Origin: Welwitschia mirabilis
Taxonomy: Eukaryota
DNA: 48,265 nucleotides
Direction: 5' to 3'
Assembly (NCBI GenBank): GCA_051453625.1
Contig: JBOZIK010000001.1
Span: 39,170,526-39,218,790 of the forward strand
The position numbers were made by a program, and so were the translations under genes. Below are positions 25,132 to 39,063 of the stretch, one piece after another (positions within the stretch are counted from its first letter, which is position 1; every line of letters starts with the position of its first letter). The notes below the pieces were generated by a model. It saw only the letters and a program-made list of their open reading frames with translations, searched no databases and was not told the origin of the DNA.

Positions 25132-26722
25132 TTAGAAAGATAAGGAGGACTATCATCTCCACTGTTATCCCCATGATAGATAGGACGATAGCACTGTACA
25201 AGCTATATGGGATGCTGACATGGATGAGATCTGGAATCAATGAAGTCTTCTTTCCTAAAGGTGTTGTCCCCATTATCATCCCCATGACATAAAGGACAAT
25301 AAATCATAACTCATGTATAGTCATCCCAATTGTCATTTCCACGACAGTGAGGATGACAATTGAAATGGCTGGCCAACTTTCATTTATTTCATCTATTTTT
25401 TTCTTTGAATTGAGCACATTTTTTAGTGAATTTTAAGTGATGGTTGTGCTTTATTTGCTGTATAAATAAACCCTCTCTTTAATCCTTCTATCAATTTTAA
25501 TGCACTAGAAATTCTCATGATAAGAGATTAAAGGGCATAAGATCTATTTTGTGTAGTTGAAGAAAGACGTTTCCTTGGTGTTGGGCTATGCATTTTGCAT
25601 TGAAGTGTAGCTATTTTGTAATCTAGATACTGGTTTGATTTATAATATAAATTATGTTTCTTTTATTCCTTAATACTCTTTAATATCCCTTATGATTTAT
25701 GTTATTCTTGATTCAATGACAATCTCGTTAATGATGGGGATCTTAAGGGTAACCTTTATTAAGGTTAATAATATTATTTTGGAAGCATTTTGCATTACAT
25801 TCTATTTGATTTACTTGATAGCCTATGTTAGTCTCAGTTAGCAATAGTCTCCCTAGCTAATTTAGGTTATACAGGGTCAATCTTCCTAACAAGTTGATTC
25901 AGTNNNNNNNNNNATTAGTTTGGAATCATTTTGCATTACATTCTATTTGATCTTCCTAACAAGTTGATTTAGTAATCGGATAGGTGTTCATCTAGATTAA
26001 GTGCATTTACATTACATTGCATGTTTATTTTCCTACATCATTCTTAAGTTTAGGATACAATATTTTCTTTGAAAATTAATTCTTCCCCTTCTCTCATATG
26101 CCTTCAATAGGTTTACAACATTTGGGTTACTCCCATTTATACTGGTATGCTATATTTACAACATATATAAATTTGTAATTAATAGAATTTGGTAAAGAAC
26201 AAAAAGTTGAAAAATCATGCACTACAATAATGGCTATAAATTTGTAATTAATAAGATTCGATAAAGGATAGAAAGTTGCAAAATTACATACTACAACTAT
26301 GGCATAGAAAGCAGTAAGAATGAAAATGAAGATAATAGCATTAAAAGTAGATCAAAAGTAATCAAGAACATTATCATTCCAAGACTCCACAAGACTAGAG
26401 GAAAAAAATTAACAATTCATCATAGCTTTGTATGATCTAGATTTATCTAAGTCTACACATAGAATCATTCTTTCACAAGTAGATATGTGGTAAATTTAAA
26501 CCAAAAAAACATGAAAATTCTACTTGAAATAAACATTTAAACAAAACTCAAAATCAGAAGTTAAAAAGAAGAAAGTGATCTTCAATTAGCAACATAAGGA
26601 AATGGAAATGCTCCAAGGATTTTACAATTCATCCAACTCTCCTCCTTTGCTCTAATGATTCCTGTATTTTAAAAATTGAATATTAAGTGAGATCCAACTA
26701 AAAATTTGCTAATATCAAATGA
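25132..26722 (+). repeat. Direct duplicate of ~23500-25031 (3' LTR of A plus flank)
   Basis: Colinear across a 100-N gap and includes the LTR/flank junction at ~26298. Confidence 0.92.
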
Positions 26723-28439
26723 TTGTGCAATAACAATAAAAGAATAAAACACACTTAGAATTAGTCCTATCTAAATATTACTAATGTCAAATTAATATGT
26801 AATAACAATGAAAGAATTTAAATTAATTATAGAAATGGTTCTACCTAAATATTACTAATACCAAATGACTTTGTACATTAATAATGAAAGGGCTTAAACC
26901 AATTCTTAGATTAAAATCTAAAAGAATAATACATTACATTTATAAAGGAGGAGAAAAAAATAGCTCCTCAACTAAACTTAGTTCATTCTGTCCCCAAGAA
27001 AGAGTACTAAAGCACTATGATGTCCTAACCTCTAAGACTTTTCCATATTAAGCTAATTAAAAAAATTTATAATGGACACTCATGACCCTTTTATAGATAA
27101 GGAAAGGTTTGGGAAGTTACATCATTATTGCATTAAGTGATGGTTACATAAGGGGGGTTATTTAAGGGTGGTTACATATGGAAGAAGTTACAAGTTGTTT
27201 GGCATGTACCCATAAAGAGGATTCCTTTATCTTCAAGTGTAAACATTATGATGATGTATTCTTTGACTATTGATGATGCTATCAACAGATGCCATGTCAT
27301 GTTTTTTTCATATGATCATCTTTGTTATCATCACATGTTCCTACCATATGTTAATTTATACTTTCATTAAGTATCATTAGAATATAGTGTTAAATCTGAT
27401 TTATGTCTGACTAAGACAGTAAGTGTAGAATGCTTAATCCTCAAAAAAGGTATAGAAACATGATTTGGTTGACATTCTGCCTTATAAAGTTAGTGATGTT
27501 AGTAGTCCTATCTAGTGTCACCAATGTTTAATGTTAAAGTTTGATAATTTTATGCATAGATCTTCTAAAGGTTGTAATATATTTGCTTATGTTAAGGGAA
27601 GTCCATATTTTCATGAAAAAGTAATGAAAAGGGACTAAACATTAATATGTGATAATAACATTAATTTAAGGTTTTTCCTATGCTAAATTAATAAATTATG
27701 CTTGCTTATAATATCAATTTTGACATGTAAACACACTCTGTAACTAGTCTTTTGCTAGTCCCTTAGTAAAACATTAATGAAGAAATGGTGACATGGAAAA
27801 ATTGAGCAAGTGAAAATGGCAAGCAAGGAAATGATATGATTTTTTTAAATATTTTTTATCAATTTTTAGTAATTTAAGGCATCAACATTAAAAAAAAATC
27901 TATGAAAATAGATGTCATGTACTCTAATCAAAATTGGATTTTATTTTCAAAGTTACAAAAGCAGGAAATTTAATACAAGGCTTTTGAGAATAAGTTAATT
28001 ACATGGCTAGCAAATTATTTGATGTAAGTATTTAGGGAAAACCACATTGCAAATTAAGGGAAAATAAAGCTTAAATTATAATGAAAATCCATCATCTATT
28101 AATTAGGAAGATAGAGTACCTAAGCTAATGGCCATATTTATTGAAAATTTCTCAAATTTTATTCTAACTTTAAATGTGTTACATTATTAATCAAATAAGA
28201 TATCATCTAAGTAAAATTGTAACTCAACAAAAATTAATTAAGTAAAGCTTCAAGTATATAGGTTAAAGAAAAGTAAACAAATAAGCATCTTCTAATTCCA
28301 TCTTTTTCATTTCAAGCTTCTTTTTTACAATCATGCTTTATTCCTTGATTTAAGCATTTTAATCTAATTAGACATTTAGTGTTATAACATCTCCTTTCAA
28401 CAAAGTTAAACATGTTAATTTATAAAAGAGTTAGTATTG

Positions 28440-28960
28440 CATTTTCAGTAAGCATTTACAACCCCAATGGAGTTAAACATGTCATAAATAAATCATTAGA
28501 GTTATATTGTTAGTGAGCAATCATAGCCTCAATGTAGTTAACTAAACCCAATTTTGAATTATTACTAAATAATGTGCTTTTGAAGAAGAGATATTTTTAT
28601 TTTATTTTTAATCATCATTCTCATATTCAATACATTTTTATGCACATAAAAAGATCATTAGCTCATTAGCCTAATTAAGATAATTCTTATCCCCATAAAA
28701 TTCTTAGAATAATTAACTTAGCATGAAATCAAATTTCACCTTAATTAAATCATATTTTTCTATTAGGATACCTTGAGTGGAACTAAAACTTAATAAGTTA
28801 ACTTGAAAATAAGTAAAACCTTTTCTCAAAAAACTACAAGTAAACTTAAATTCTACCTAGTTTAAAATTACAACCAATTACTTCTTAATGGTTTATTCCA
28901 ATTAAGGGCTATCAACTAGGATCATCTAATCTTAAGAAGTTATAGATGGATAGAAGTAGG
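28440..28960. repeat. Dispersed repeat homologous to ~33120-33640 (probable internal non-coding region of a retrotransposon)
   Basis: Shared blocks AAATAAATCATTAGAG, AATGTAGTTAACTAAACCCAAT and ATCATTAGCTYATTAGCCTAAT occur in the same order and orientation. Confidence 0.65.
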
Positions 28961-29239
28961 GGGTGGTTGGTGAATTTTATTAAATGGAATAAAAATGGAA
29001 GGGATAGAAAGAGGGGTTGAGGCAATGATGCTTTATTTGATGAAGTGAGTGGTATTTGTGGTTTCATACCTGAAATTGTTTATGTTTATGATTATATAGG
29101 TGGAGTGCTTAGATGGTCTAAGGCATGAAAGGGCATCAAGAACTAAATTTTTAAAATCTTTAATTTTTTAAATCAAAATTTATTATAAAAATAAAATTCA
29201 TAATAAAATAAAAGCCTAATTTAAAATCATGCAAAGAAG

Positions 29240-31566
29240 CGAAATTTCGGGTAGGTAGGCTATCTTCTTTATGTTGCCTTATGTCCATTCTTTTTGTTTT
29301 CTTTTGTTGTTCTGTTAATTATTGCAAAGTTATTTCCATATTTTCTTATCATTTTGGGACCTTAAAATTTAATGCTTTTCTTACCTAGTTTGCAATAAAG
29401 AATTGAATTTCCTTAATAATTTTGTGATGTCTATTTTTTAGTCTTTTAAAGTTTTCAACACTGCTCATAATCATTTTATGATGAAACATTTTTTTTTTAC
29501 TTGTTAGAATATTTGATACATTTATATTTTTTAACTTGACATTTATTTACTCAGCTTTGCACTTAATTTAAAAATTTTTCCAAATTCAAAATCACCCAAC
29601 ATCTACCTTCTCATTTCCATCTACTTCTTTGCTTTATTATCCAATATGAAACATATTATTTTTATTAAGGGGTACAGGACCCATTTTCATGGTTCAGTTT
29701 CATAAAATTTTAATTTATTTCAAAGCTTCCATAAGACATGATGCATAACTTATTATTTTACTATGATATGTGTTTTATGAGCATGTTTTATAATTTTCAG
29801 ATTTATTTTTTTAAAATTGGCTCACATTTGTGGTTTTTCACTGGTTTTTATCAGGGATTGACAAAGACTAAGTGGGTGGCTATCATGTGCTATCAATTTG
29901 TGTGTATTTGATGGGGTTTTATGAGCTATTTTATAGGACTTTAACGTAGGTTTAGATGCAATTTTGAGGATTTTGGAGAATCGATGGAAGATCTTAGAAA
30001 CATGTAACTCTTGGATAATTAGAGACATTTAAAGCATATTCTAATACACTTGGCTTTAAAAGAAGATTACTAATGGAAAAGGCTACCTTTTCCTCACTTA
30101 GATGAACAAATAATACTATAATATCCTCTGTTTTCCCCATAATAGGTAGGATGATGACATCACACATGCCACATTGGATGTTAATAAGGACTGGAGTTGG
30201 AATTGCTAAATCATGCTTTGTAAAAGGCTATCATCTGGATGATAGACAGGACAACCACTATAATGTCTGATCCATTGTTTTCTTAATCCTCTCCATGATC
30301 TCCAGTCTGACACTGTAATNNNNNNNNNNNNNNNNNNNNNNNNNNNNNNNNNNNNNNNNNNNNNNNNNNNNNNNNNNNNNNNNNNNNNNNNNNNNNNNNN
30401 NNNNNNNNNNNNNNNNNNNNNNNNNNNNNNNNNNNNNNNNNNNNNNNNNNNNNNNNNNNNNNNNNNNNNNNNNNNNNNNNNNNNNNNNNNNNNNNNNNNN
30501 NNNNNNNNNNNNNNNNNNNNNNNNNNNNNNNNNNNNNNNNNNNNNNNNNNNNNNNNNNNNNNNNNNNNNNNNNNNNNNNNNNNNNNNNNNNNNNNNNNNN
30601 NNNNNNNNNNNNNNNNNNNNNNNNNNNNNNNNNNNNNNNNNNNNNNNNNNNNNNNNNNNNNNNNNNNNNNNNNNNNNNNNNNNNNNNNNNNNNNNNNNNN
30701 NNNNNNNNNNNNNNNNNNNNNNNNNNNNNNNNNNNNNNNNNNNNNNNNNNNNNNNNNNNNNNNNNNNNNNNNNNNNNNNNNNNNNNNNNNNNNNNNNNNN
30801 NNNNNNNNNNNNNNNNNNNNNNNNNNNNNNNNNNNNNNNNNNNNNNNNNNNNNNNNNNNNNNNNNNNNNNNNNNNNNNNNNNNNNNNNNNNNNNNNNNNN
30901 NNNNNNNNNNNNNNNNNNNNNNNNNNNNNNNNNNNNNNNNNNNNNNNNNNNNNNNNNNNNNNNNNNNNNNNNNNNNNNNNNNNNNNNNNNNNNNNNNNNN
31001 NNNNNNNNNNNNNNNNNNNNNNNNNNNNNNNNNNNNNNNNNNNNNNNNNNNNNNNNNNNNNNNNNNNNNNNNNNNNNNNNNNNNNNNNNNNNNNNNNATG
31101 ATAAGAGATTGAAGAGTGAAAGATCCATATCAAAAGTTGTAGAAAGATGTTCCCTTGGTGAAGGGCTATGCATCCTCCATTAAGGTTTGGCTATTTCGTA
31201 GCCTAGATGTTGATTTCTTTTAATATAAAACTCTATTTTCATTCATGCATATAGTTTTATTAGATGTTCCTTATGATTTATATTACCATTAATCCGATGA
31301 CAATTTTATTTGTGATATAGTTCTTAAAGGCACCCTTTGTTAAGGCTAAAAGAAATTAGTTTAGATTCATTTTGCATTTCATTTATCTTCATTTGCATTC
31401 GCATCTACATTGCATCTTTATTTCCTTCATTATTATTTAATTTTGATTATAATATTCTTTATAAAAATTAATTCTTATTCTCCTATCATAAGTCTTCAAT
31501 GAGATAAGACATTTGGGTTACTTCCATTCATACTAGAGTGCACATGTAAAAATATGCATTGCAATA
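29240..31566 (+). mobile_element. Element C: truncated Athila-like 3' internal region, PPT and LTR
   Basis: 29240-29860 is homologous to 20640-21335 and, inverted, to 6630-7500. PPT AAGTGGGTGGCTA lies at ~29868-29882. The LTR runs from ~29883 and is homologous to the A/B LTRs. Its end at ~31566 is approximate. Confidence 0.8.
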
Positions 31567-31639
31567 GACCCCTTAAAATCCAATCCTGATTCTTACACTT
31601 ACTTAGTTAGGTAATATTTTTAGTGTAATGGTCTTAATA

Positions 31640-32230
31640 AGTATCCTATCCTATCTCTCAAAGTCTAGGATGTGAGATAAGGCATTATTGATTAGGTCTA
31701 AAGCTAGGCAAGAGAAGAGAAGATTACTCTTGTGGTTCATAATAATGTTAAATGGTTTACTATATTAGATACTTCTAATCATGTCAAAGTGACTACCATA
31801 GACATTGGTTACATAGGATGTAGATAAAACATTTCAAATGAGAAATCTAAAAAGTGCAAGTTGGTTCTTGTAGAAGTACTTGCAAGGTAGGAATCCTTTT
31901 CTGTTTTATGTGTATTTAACATTTAGAGTAATACAATAATAGATAAAGGATTTCATAAGCATATAAGGCAAACTATTATGGTACTCAACTCCTAACTTCT
32001 ACATAACTAAGTAAAATAATAAAGGAAGTGTGTTAAACATAGTCATGGATTACCCAAGAATCATCTTCATCAATTTTTGAATTCTTATAAAATTATAAAA
32101 TGGCCTTTGAAAATTATCATATTATATCCTCCTTTACTTGAATTTTGTCAAGGTAGAAGAGTGCAAACAAAGCAAGGAATGATGAAACTATGTATTCTTT
32201 TAAAAAAATGTCTAGTCTTCCACTCATGAT
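31640..32230 (-). pseudogene. Possible decayed env-like/ORF2 remnant of element D
   Basis: Minus-strand fragment GFLPCKYFYKNQLALFRFLI*NVLSTSYVTNVYGSHFDMIRSI*YSKPFNI. It lies downstream of, and co-oriented with, D's gag-protease. Weak motif resemblance only. Confidence 0.3.
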
Positions 32231-34199
32231 GACCTAAAATAATAGAATAAAAGAAATAAAAAGATATGAAAATAAAATAAAAATAAAAATGCAAGTTAAA
32301 AATGTGAAAAATGAAATGAAAGAAGAATAGATAGATTTTAGATATGAAAATATACTCATCAATGAACTATGAATCAAGAGGAATATAAAATAGCATCATA
32401 AGAGAAAGTCAAATACACTAAAAAAGAGTAGATGATGGTACTAGTAAGGGCGGATGATACTACCAGTAGATTGTGGAGACATGGCTTAGATGAACTTAAA
32501 AAGGGTTATAATAGTATGAACGTTAACAATAACTATGAGTACTTCATAAGGATGATTTAAAAATCATGGGTTTTATAATAAGTAAATAAAATAAAAATAG
32601 TTGGATGATTAGATCTTATCAATGGTTTAGAATGATTTTATCTTATATCTAGACATTGATACATGGGTTAAATCACATAAAACATATGTTTTTATTAGTG
32701 TTCTTCTTAAAAGAAAAATAAAAGGGTTATAGCTTTAAAATGGATGATAAAAGTGAGTGAAAATGTGATGAAATAAAGGAATGAAATAACAAATCCTATT
32801 ATGCACCTTATGAATAAATGAAACAAGATGAAGTCAAGCTAATGGTCTTATTAATTTGCGTAATGTTAAATGGATGTTTTACCAAGATAAAGAAAATTCT
32901 AAATTAGAAAATGTTTGTAACTTTACAACTAGCCAAAGAAACTTAAATTCAATTATTAAAATAAGCAAAGAAAATATCTCTCCAATTGTATCTTAATTTC
33001 ATTATTTTTCCTTCTTCTTCCATGGGCATCTAAGTTTCAAGAATTTGATCATATTGAGAATTTAGTATTGTGATACTTTCTTCTAATAGATTTAACATGA
33101 TATATAAAAAGGATTTATTGCTACATTTCCATCACGTTTCTATAGCCCTAATGTAGATGAATGTATCACAAATAAATCATTAGAGCTACATTTCTAAGAG
33201 GTGTCTATAGCTCTAATGTAGTTAACTAAACCCAATAGAAATGATCATAACAATTTACTAAATAGATTCAAGATTTTTCTTCATTTTCTTTACTCTTTAC
33301 TCACTTTCTCTCTCTCTTTCATTAGATATATATATATCTATAGCATACATGAAAGATATCATTAGCTTATTAGCCTAATAGATAAATAATCTCATCCTCA
33401 CGGGTGCTTTAAAATAAAAGAAATAAGATGAAGGAAGAACATCAATTTTTTCCTTGATTCTAAATTGGATATCTCTAAATGCATGTAAATATTAATAAAG
33501 AAGTTAAAGCTTCAAAGAACTAGCTAATGTAAAAGCAAAAACCTAAGCTTTGAAAAAGTTAATGATTTCTTTATTTGTGAATTAAAAGAAAGACTATTAG
33601 TTAGGATCAGTAAGTCTTATTAACTCATAAGATTATGAAATGAGTGGATAAAATGTAGGTAATGAAGGTTTATATGAAGGTAATTTAGATGGATGAAAGT
33701 GGCTAAAGTATAGGTTATGTAAATGGAAATGATTAGGATTTTCCACAAAAAAATCATTCTTAAATACATAAAGGCTTTTCATAGTTTGATCCAAGTATCC
33801 CAAGGCTAGAGTGGGTAAATTCAATTGAAATTCATTTAATAAAATCAACTTAGAATTATAATATTAGTGTATACTCATGGATGGGAATGAAAAATTTAAA
33901 TGATCCATATTTTTACAATCAAAAAGATAAGATAATTAATCAAGTAATAAATTAGGCTTAAAAATCTTTTTATGATAAGACTTTATACATGAGTTAAAAA
34001 CCTTAATAAGAGTATAGTGAGAATATGTAATAAGATTTAAACATTCTAAGTTATAAAGGACCATCCTATTTCTTTTTCCTTTCTTAATCAACAATTCCTG
34101 AGAAATGTTTTCTTTGATGAAGACATAGATGAATTAGAAATCAATGAATGAAAAGGATTATCATTAAAGATATACCTTAAATCTTAAAAGAAGGATAAT

Positions 34200-35227
34200 T
34201 TTAAAGATTAACATATTAATCATAATACAAATGAGATAGTGAGAGAGAGAAAACATTTTTCTCATAGGAAGGATAATCAAGATCATCAAGACATTCAACA
34301 AAGTCCACTCTTTTCAAATCACTGGGTTTCTTCATAGCATTAAATATATTTAAATTAATAGTTATATTATCAAATGAAATATTTATAAGACCACTTGTAC
34401 AATTTATAAGAGCATTAGAAGTGGCAAGAAAAAGTCTTCCTAAGATAATAGGAATGGTATAACTTTTAGCCTTTTCCCTCTCCAAAACTACAAAGTCCAT
34501 AGGAAGCTAGCAATTTTCTACTTGAACAATCACATCCTCTATTATGTCTAAAGGTCATTTTAAAGAATTATCAACTAATGGTAATTGAATTTTAATATTT
34601 TTAAGATCATTTAGACTAAGTTTCTTATAAACACTATATGGTAATAGAGTGATACTAGCTCTAAGATCTAACAAGGATTATTAAAAGTTTGTATTCATAA
34701 TAGTAATGGCTATGCTAGAGCAACCTAGATCTTTGTACTTTAAGGAAATTTGGTTTTTAATGATAGCATTAGTTTTTTTTAGTAAGGAAATATTTACTTG
34801 TCACATTCATATTTTTTTAATAGTAATATATCTTTTAAGAATCTAGCATAGGGAGAAACTTATTTACTGGATTCTAAAAGAGAGATATTGATCTTTGATA
34901 AAGCCTAAACTTTTTATAAAATAAGTTATTAATAGCCACTATCTTACATTAATTTTCAAAATTTACTACTTTATTTAGAGGTATTTTTTTACTTTTTAGG
35001 TGACAGGGATATTAGCCACTCAATGAGCTGAAATCAATGAATTATGATCTAGTTAAAGGCTCTTCATAATGCTTGCAATCAGGAGATCTAGATTGAAGTT
35101 GAAAATTTGGATTATGGAAGACTACTTCAATGTCAAAGCTTTGTAAATGATTCATAGTTCCTTTCTCATCATCATATTTCAACCTTTTGCTGATGCAACA
35201 ATTCCAACTCATTTTGATACTAGATGT
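34200..35227 (-). pseudogene. Element D: Athila-like gag C-terminus/aspartic protease remnant, interrupted by the Sirevirus
   Basis: KINISLLE...PYARFLK, KYKDLGC, LLDLRASITLLPYSVYKKL, and ORF 34216-34500 MDFVVLE...IPIILGRLFLATSNALINC..G....F.N....LNIF. Confidence 0.88.
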
Positions 35228-36802
35228 TGATAGGATTGAGAACCCTAGAAGGGGGGTGAATAGGTTATTAAAAATTTAAACAAACTATTCTAAAATAAAT
35301 CAAAGATATATCAAAATCTTACACAAAATAATTCACTAATTTAAAACATTCATGAAAAAAAAGATAGCAGAAGTAATAAAATAAACTAACTAAAAGTAAA
35401 AGATACCAAATAGATGCATGCGGAATTTATAGTGGTTCAGGAAGCCCCCTACTTCACTCTCAATAATCAGCTTATTACCAAGCTTGACCCGAATCTTCAT
35501 TACTCCACTAGGTATTCCAGGTTCAACTATAAGCTTTATAAATAGACTTTTTCAAGCTTAGTCTCAACATTCAAATGGACTTTTCAGGGCTTAGTCTCAA
35601 CCTTTCATAATGTAAATAGTGACGCAATGATGTCAAGATGCATGGATATCACTTGTTCTTGATAGAATAGATTTGATGGAGATCTTCTCTTGTAGATGTA
35701 CAACAAATAAAGCACTAGATCTTACCTTGAATTTAGATATAATATAGATAATAGATCTTCTTTGATCAGGAGTAAACATGCCAAAACTCAATAATGAATA
35801 TCACAAGATTTCAGTACTAGTTTCTCATATTTAAAAGATTAACAAGATTGAAAAAGATTCCAAAAGATTCTTTATTCATCTATCTTTTGGCTACTTATAT
35901 TATAAGATTTTTAGGATTTATTACATTTAAAAATATGCTTCCAATCGCTATAAATGGCTAAAAAATGACTATCTAATGAATACATAATGAATACAAAATA
36001 GATAGAAAATTTTAGTTTCATTTCATCTAGTCGACTCATCAAAAGTTCAGTCAACCTCATCTAGTGTCGTGAATTACATAGGTCATCTTAGTGAAATTTT
36101 TTGTCATCTCAATTTGATACAACTTCATATTCAGTCAACCCCATTTGGTCTAGTTAATCCTAGTCTAATCATCTGCTATTAAATCTAGGTACCTGCTTAT
36201 CTTGATAAAGATCTTTCTAATTTCTAGCATCAAGTCTATTCGATCCCTTCAAAAGTCTAGTTGAACTTATGAAAATTGGCTTAGGAGTATTAGCTACACA
36301 TTGCTCAGGTTCATTTGACTCCTTCATTAGTCTAGTCGATCCTTGATAATCAGTTTAGGAGTACTAATCCTTGGTTTAAAGATTCGGTCAACCCCATAAT
36401 AAGTCTGGTCGACGCATTATCATTTAGTCAAGGGATAATGTTATTAGGTCCTCAAATCTAGTCAAATACATAAATGTCCAATCAACCCTTTGCCATTTAG
36501 TTCAGGAACACTAGCTCTCTACATTACAGGTTCAGTTAATCATAACAAAAATCTATTCAACAATTCTAAATTCATTTCATTTTTTGAGTATTTATTTTAG
36601 GTGCAGTCCGATAAACCCTTTGAAAGTCCAGTCAACTCCTTAATAAGGATAAATGAATTTGGCAGGTTTTTAGTGCTCAAAAATTGATGGTTTTGGTTTT
36701 ATCTTTAGACCTATAAGTAATTAACATTTTTTACATAAGATATAGAAAATTTGCTACACAAAAAAAATAGTTTGACATTAATTAGCAAAACATAATCTAA
36801 TA
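35228..36802 (-). repeat. 3' LTR of the Sirevirus (copy 1)
   Basis: Homologous to 44697-46257 and adjacent to the PPT. Contains a cluster of decayed GTCGAC-core palindromic motifs at ~36020-36640. Confidence 0.92.
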
Positions 36803-36814
36803 ATCTCCCTCTTT
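36803..36814 (-). promoter_or_regulatory. Sirevirus PPT (duplicate at 38445-38456)
   Basis: The minus strand reads AAAGAGGGAGAT abutting the LTR start. Further PPT-like copies lie at ~38509, ~38994 and ~40991. Confidence 0.85.
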
Positions 36815-37318
36815 AACATTAATGGAAAATAATACTTAGTTATAAGAATATTTAGAACATAGAAAATATACCCCTCACAAAATTCCTATTATTGTTTTAC
36901 AAAGTATTACACCTTTTGAAACCAAGTTAAGACATTTTGTATAATCAAATTTTGTGCTAAAAATGAAACAATTTTAAGATGTAGATTTGAAGGATTAGAA
37001 ACACAAATTTTATGAAATCACAATGTAATCATGTAAAGCATTTAACATTTTGATCAATTAACACATTTGAGAGTTAATTTCCAATATTAGACATCAATAT
37101 TTTAATTTATGAAATAATCATTTAAAACTTTAAAATTTTTATTAAGCACATATGATACCAATGGAAAAACATGTTAAGCACATATGATTTATACAAAAAC
37201 AAAAAAAAAGTTTAAAATNNNNNNNNNNNNNNNNNNNNNNNNNNNNNNNNNNNNNNNNNNNNNNNNNNNNNNNNNNNNNNNNNNNNNNNNNNNNNNNNNN
37301 NNNNNNNNNNNNNNNNNN

Positions 37319-38850
37319 GATGGAAATCTTCGCTTATAGATGTACAAAAAATAAAGCACTAGATCTTACCTTGAATGTAGAGATAATATAGACAATAGAT
37401 CTTCCTTGATCAGGAGTACAAATGCGAAGATTCAATAATGAATATCACAATATTTCATTACTAGTTCCTTAGATTTAAAAGATTAACAAGATTGAAAAAG
37501 GTTCTAAAAGATTTTTTATTCATCTATCTCTTGGCTATTTATATTATAAGGTTTTTAGGATTTATTACATTTGAAAATGTGCTTATAATGCGTATAAATG
37601 GATAAAAAATGGCTATATAATAGATACATAATGAATACAAAATAGATAAAAAAATTTAGTTTCATTTCATCTAGTCAACCCATCAAAAGTTCAGTCGACC
37701 CCATCTAGTATCATGACTTACATAGGTCATTTTAGTAAAATTTTTAATCATCCCAATTTATTACAACTTCATATTTGGTTAACCCCATCTGGGTTTAGTC
37801 GACCCTAGTCTAGTCATCCACTATTAAATTTAGTTGCCCACTTATCTTGATAAAGATCTTTCTAATTTCTAGCATCAGGTCTAGTTGACCCCTTTAAATG
37901 TCTAGTCGACCTTATGAAAATTAGCTTAGGAGTATTAGCTACACATTACTTAGGTCTAGTTGACCCCTTCATTAGTCTAGTCAATCCCTTGACAATCAGT
38001 TTAGCAGTACTGTTCCTTGGTTCATAGATTCGGTCGATCCCGTCATAAGTCTGGTTGACCCCTTGTCATTCAGTCAAGGGATAATGTTATCAGATCCTCA
38101 AATCCGGTTAGATACATAAATGTCCAATTGAACCTTTTCCATTTAGTTCATGAACATTGGCTCTCTACATTATAGGTTTTATTAACCCTAACAAAAATCT
38201 AATCAACCCCCCTGAATTTAGTTTTTGAGTATTTTCTTTAGATGTAGTCTAGTAAATCCTTTGAAAGTCCGGTCAACCCCTCAATAAGGGTAAATGAACT
38301 TGGCAGGTTTTTAGTGCTCAAAAATTGATGGTTTTGCTTTTATCTTTAGACCTATAAGTGATTAACATTTTTTACACAAGATACATAAAATTTTCTACAT
38401 AAAAAACATTAGTTTGACATCAACTGATAAAACATAATCTAACAATCTCCCTCTTTGACATTGTTGGAAAACAATACTTAGTTGTAAGAATATTTAGGAC
38501 ATAGAAAATATCCCCCTCACAAAATGCCTATTATTATTTTACAAAATATTACACCTCTTGAAACCAAGTTACGACATTTTATATAATTAAATTTTGTGCT
38601 TAAAAATGAAACAATTTTAAGATGCACATTTGCAGGATTAGAAACACAAATTTTATGAAAAGCATAATGTGATCATATAAAGCATTTAATATTTTGATCA
38701 ATTAACACATTTGAGAGTTTGTTTTCAATATTAAACATCAACATTTCAATTTATGAAATAACCATTTGAAACTTTAAAATGTATGTTAAGCACATATGAT
38801 ACTAATGGAAAAACATGTTAATCACATATGATTTGCACAAGTGCAAAAAA
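37319..38850 (-). repeat. Direct duplicate of ~35675-37218 (partial 3' LTR, LTR start at 38444, PPT and pre-LTR region)
   Basis: Colinear across a 100-N gap. Confidence 0.92.
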
Positions 38851-39063
38851 ATTTGAGATACTAATTGAAAATAATGTAGAGCATAAAAGTAAAGTGCATA
38901 TAGATTCCATTAAACATATGAAAATATTACAAAATAAAAGTACTCATCAAGAGCATGTTACTCATAAGAAAACATTTAATAATAAATAACTAATTCTTCC
39001 TCTTTTGACATTAATAACAAAGGAGATAACAAAAACATATAAGAAAAACATAATTTGAAGCTT

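Noticed and set aside
25904..25975. Small rearranged repeat after a 10-N gap
   Set aside because: It is most likely a local assembly or haplotype join that repeats 25775-25903 with a deletion.
36020..38285. CRISPR-like spaced palindromic repeats
   Set aside because: The repeats are short, degenerate and irregularly spaced, and lie inside plant LTRs. There are no cas genes, and Sirevirus repeated motifs explain them.
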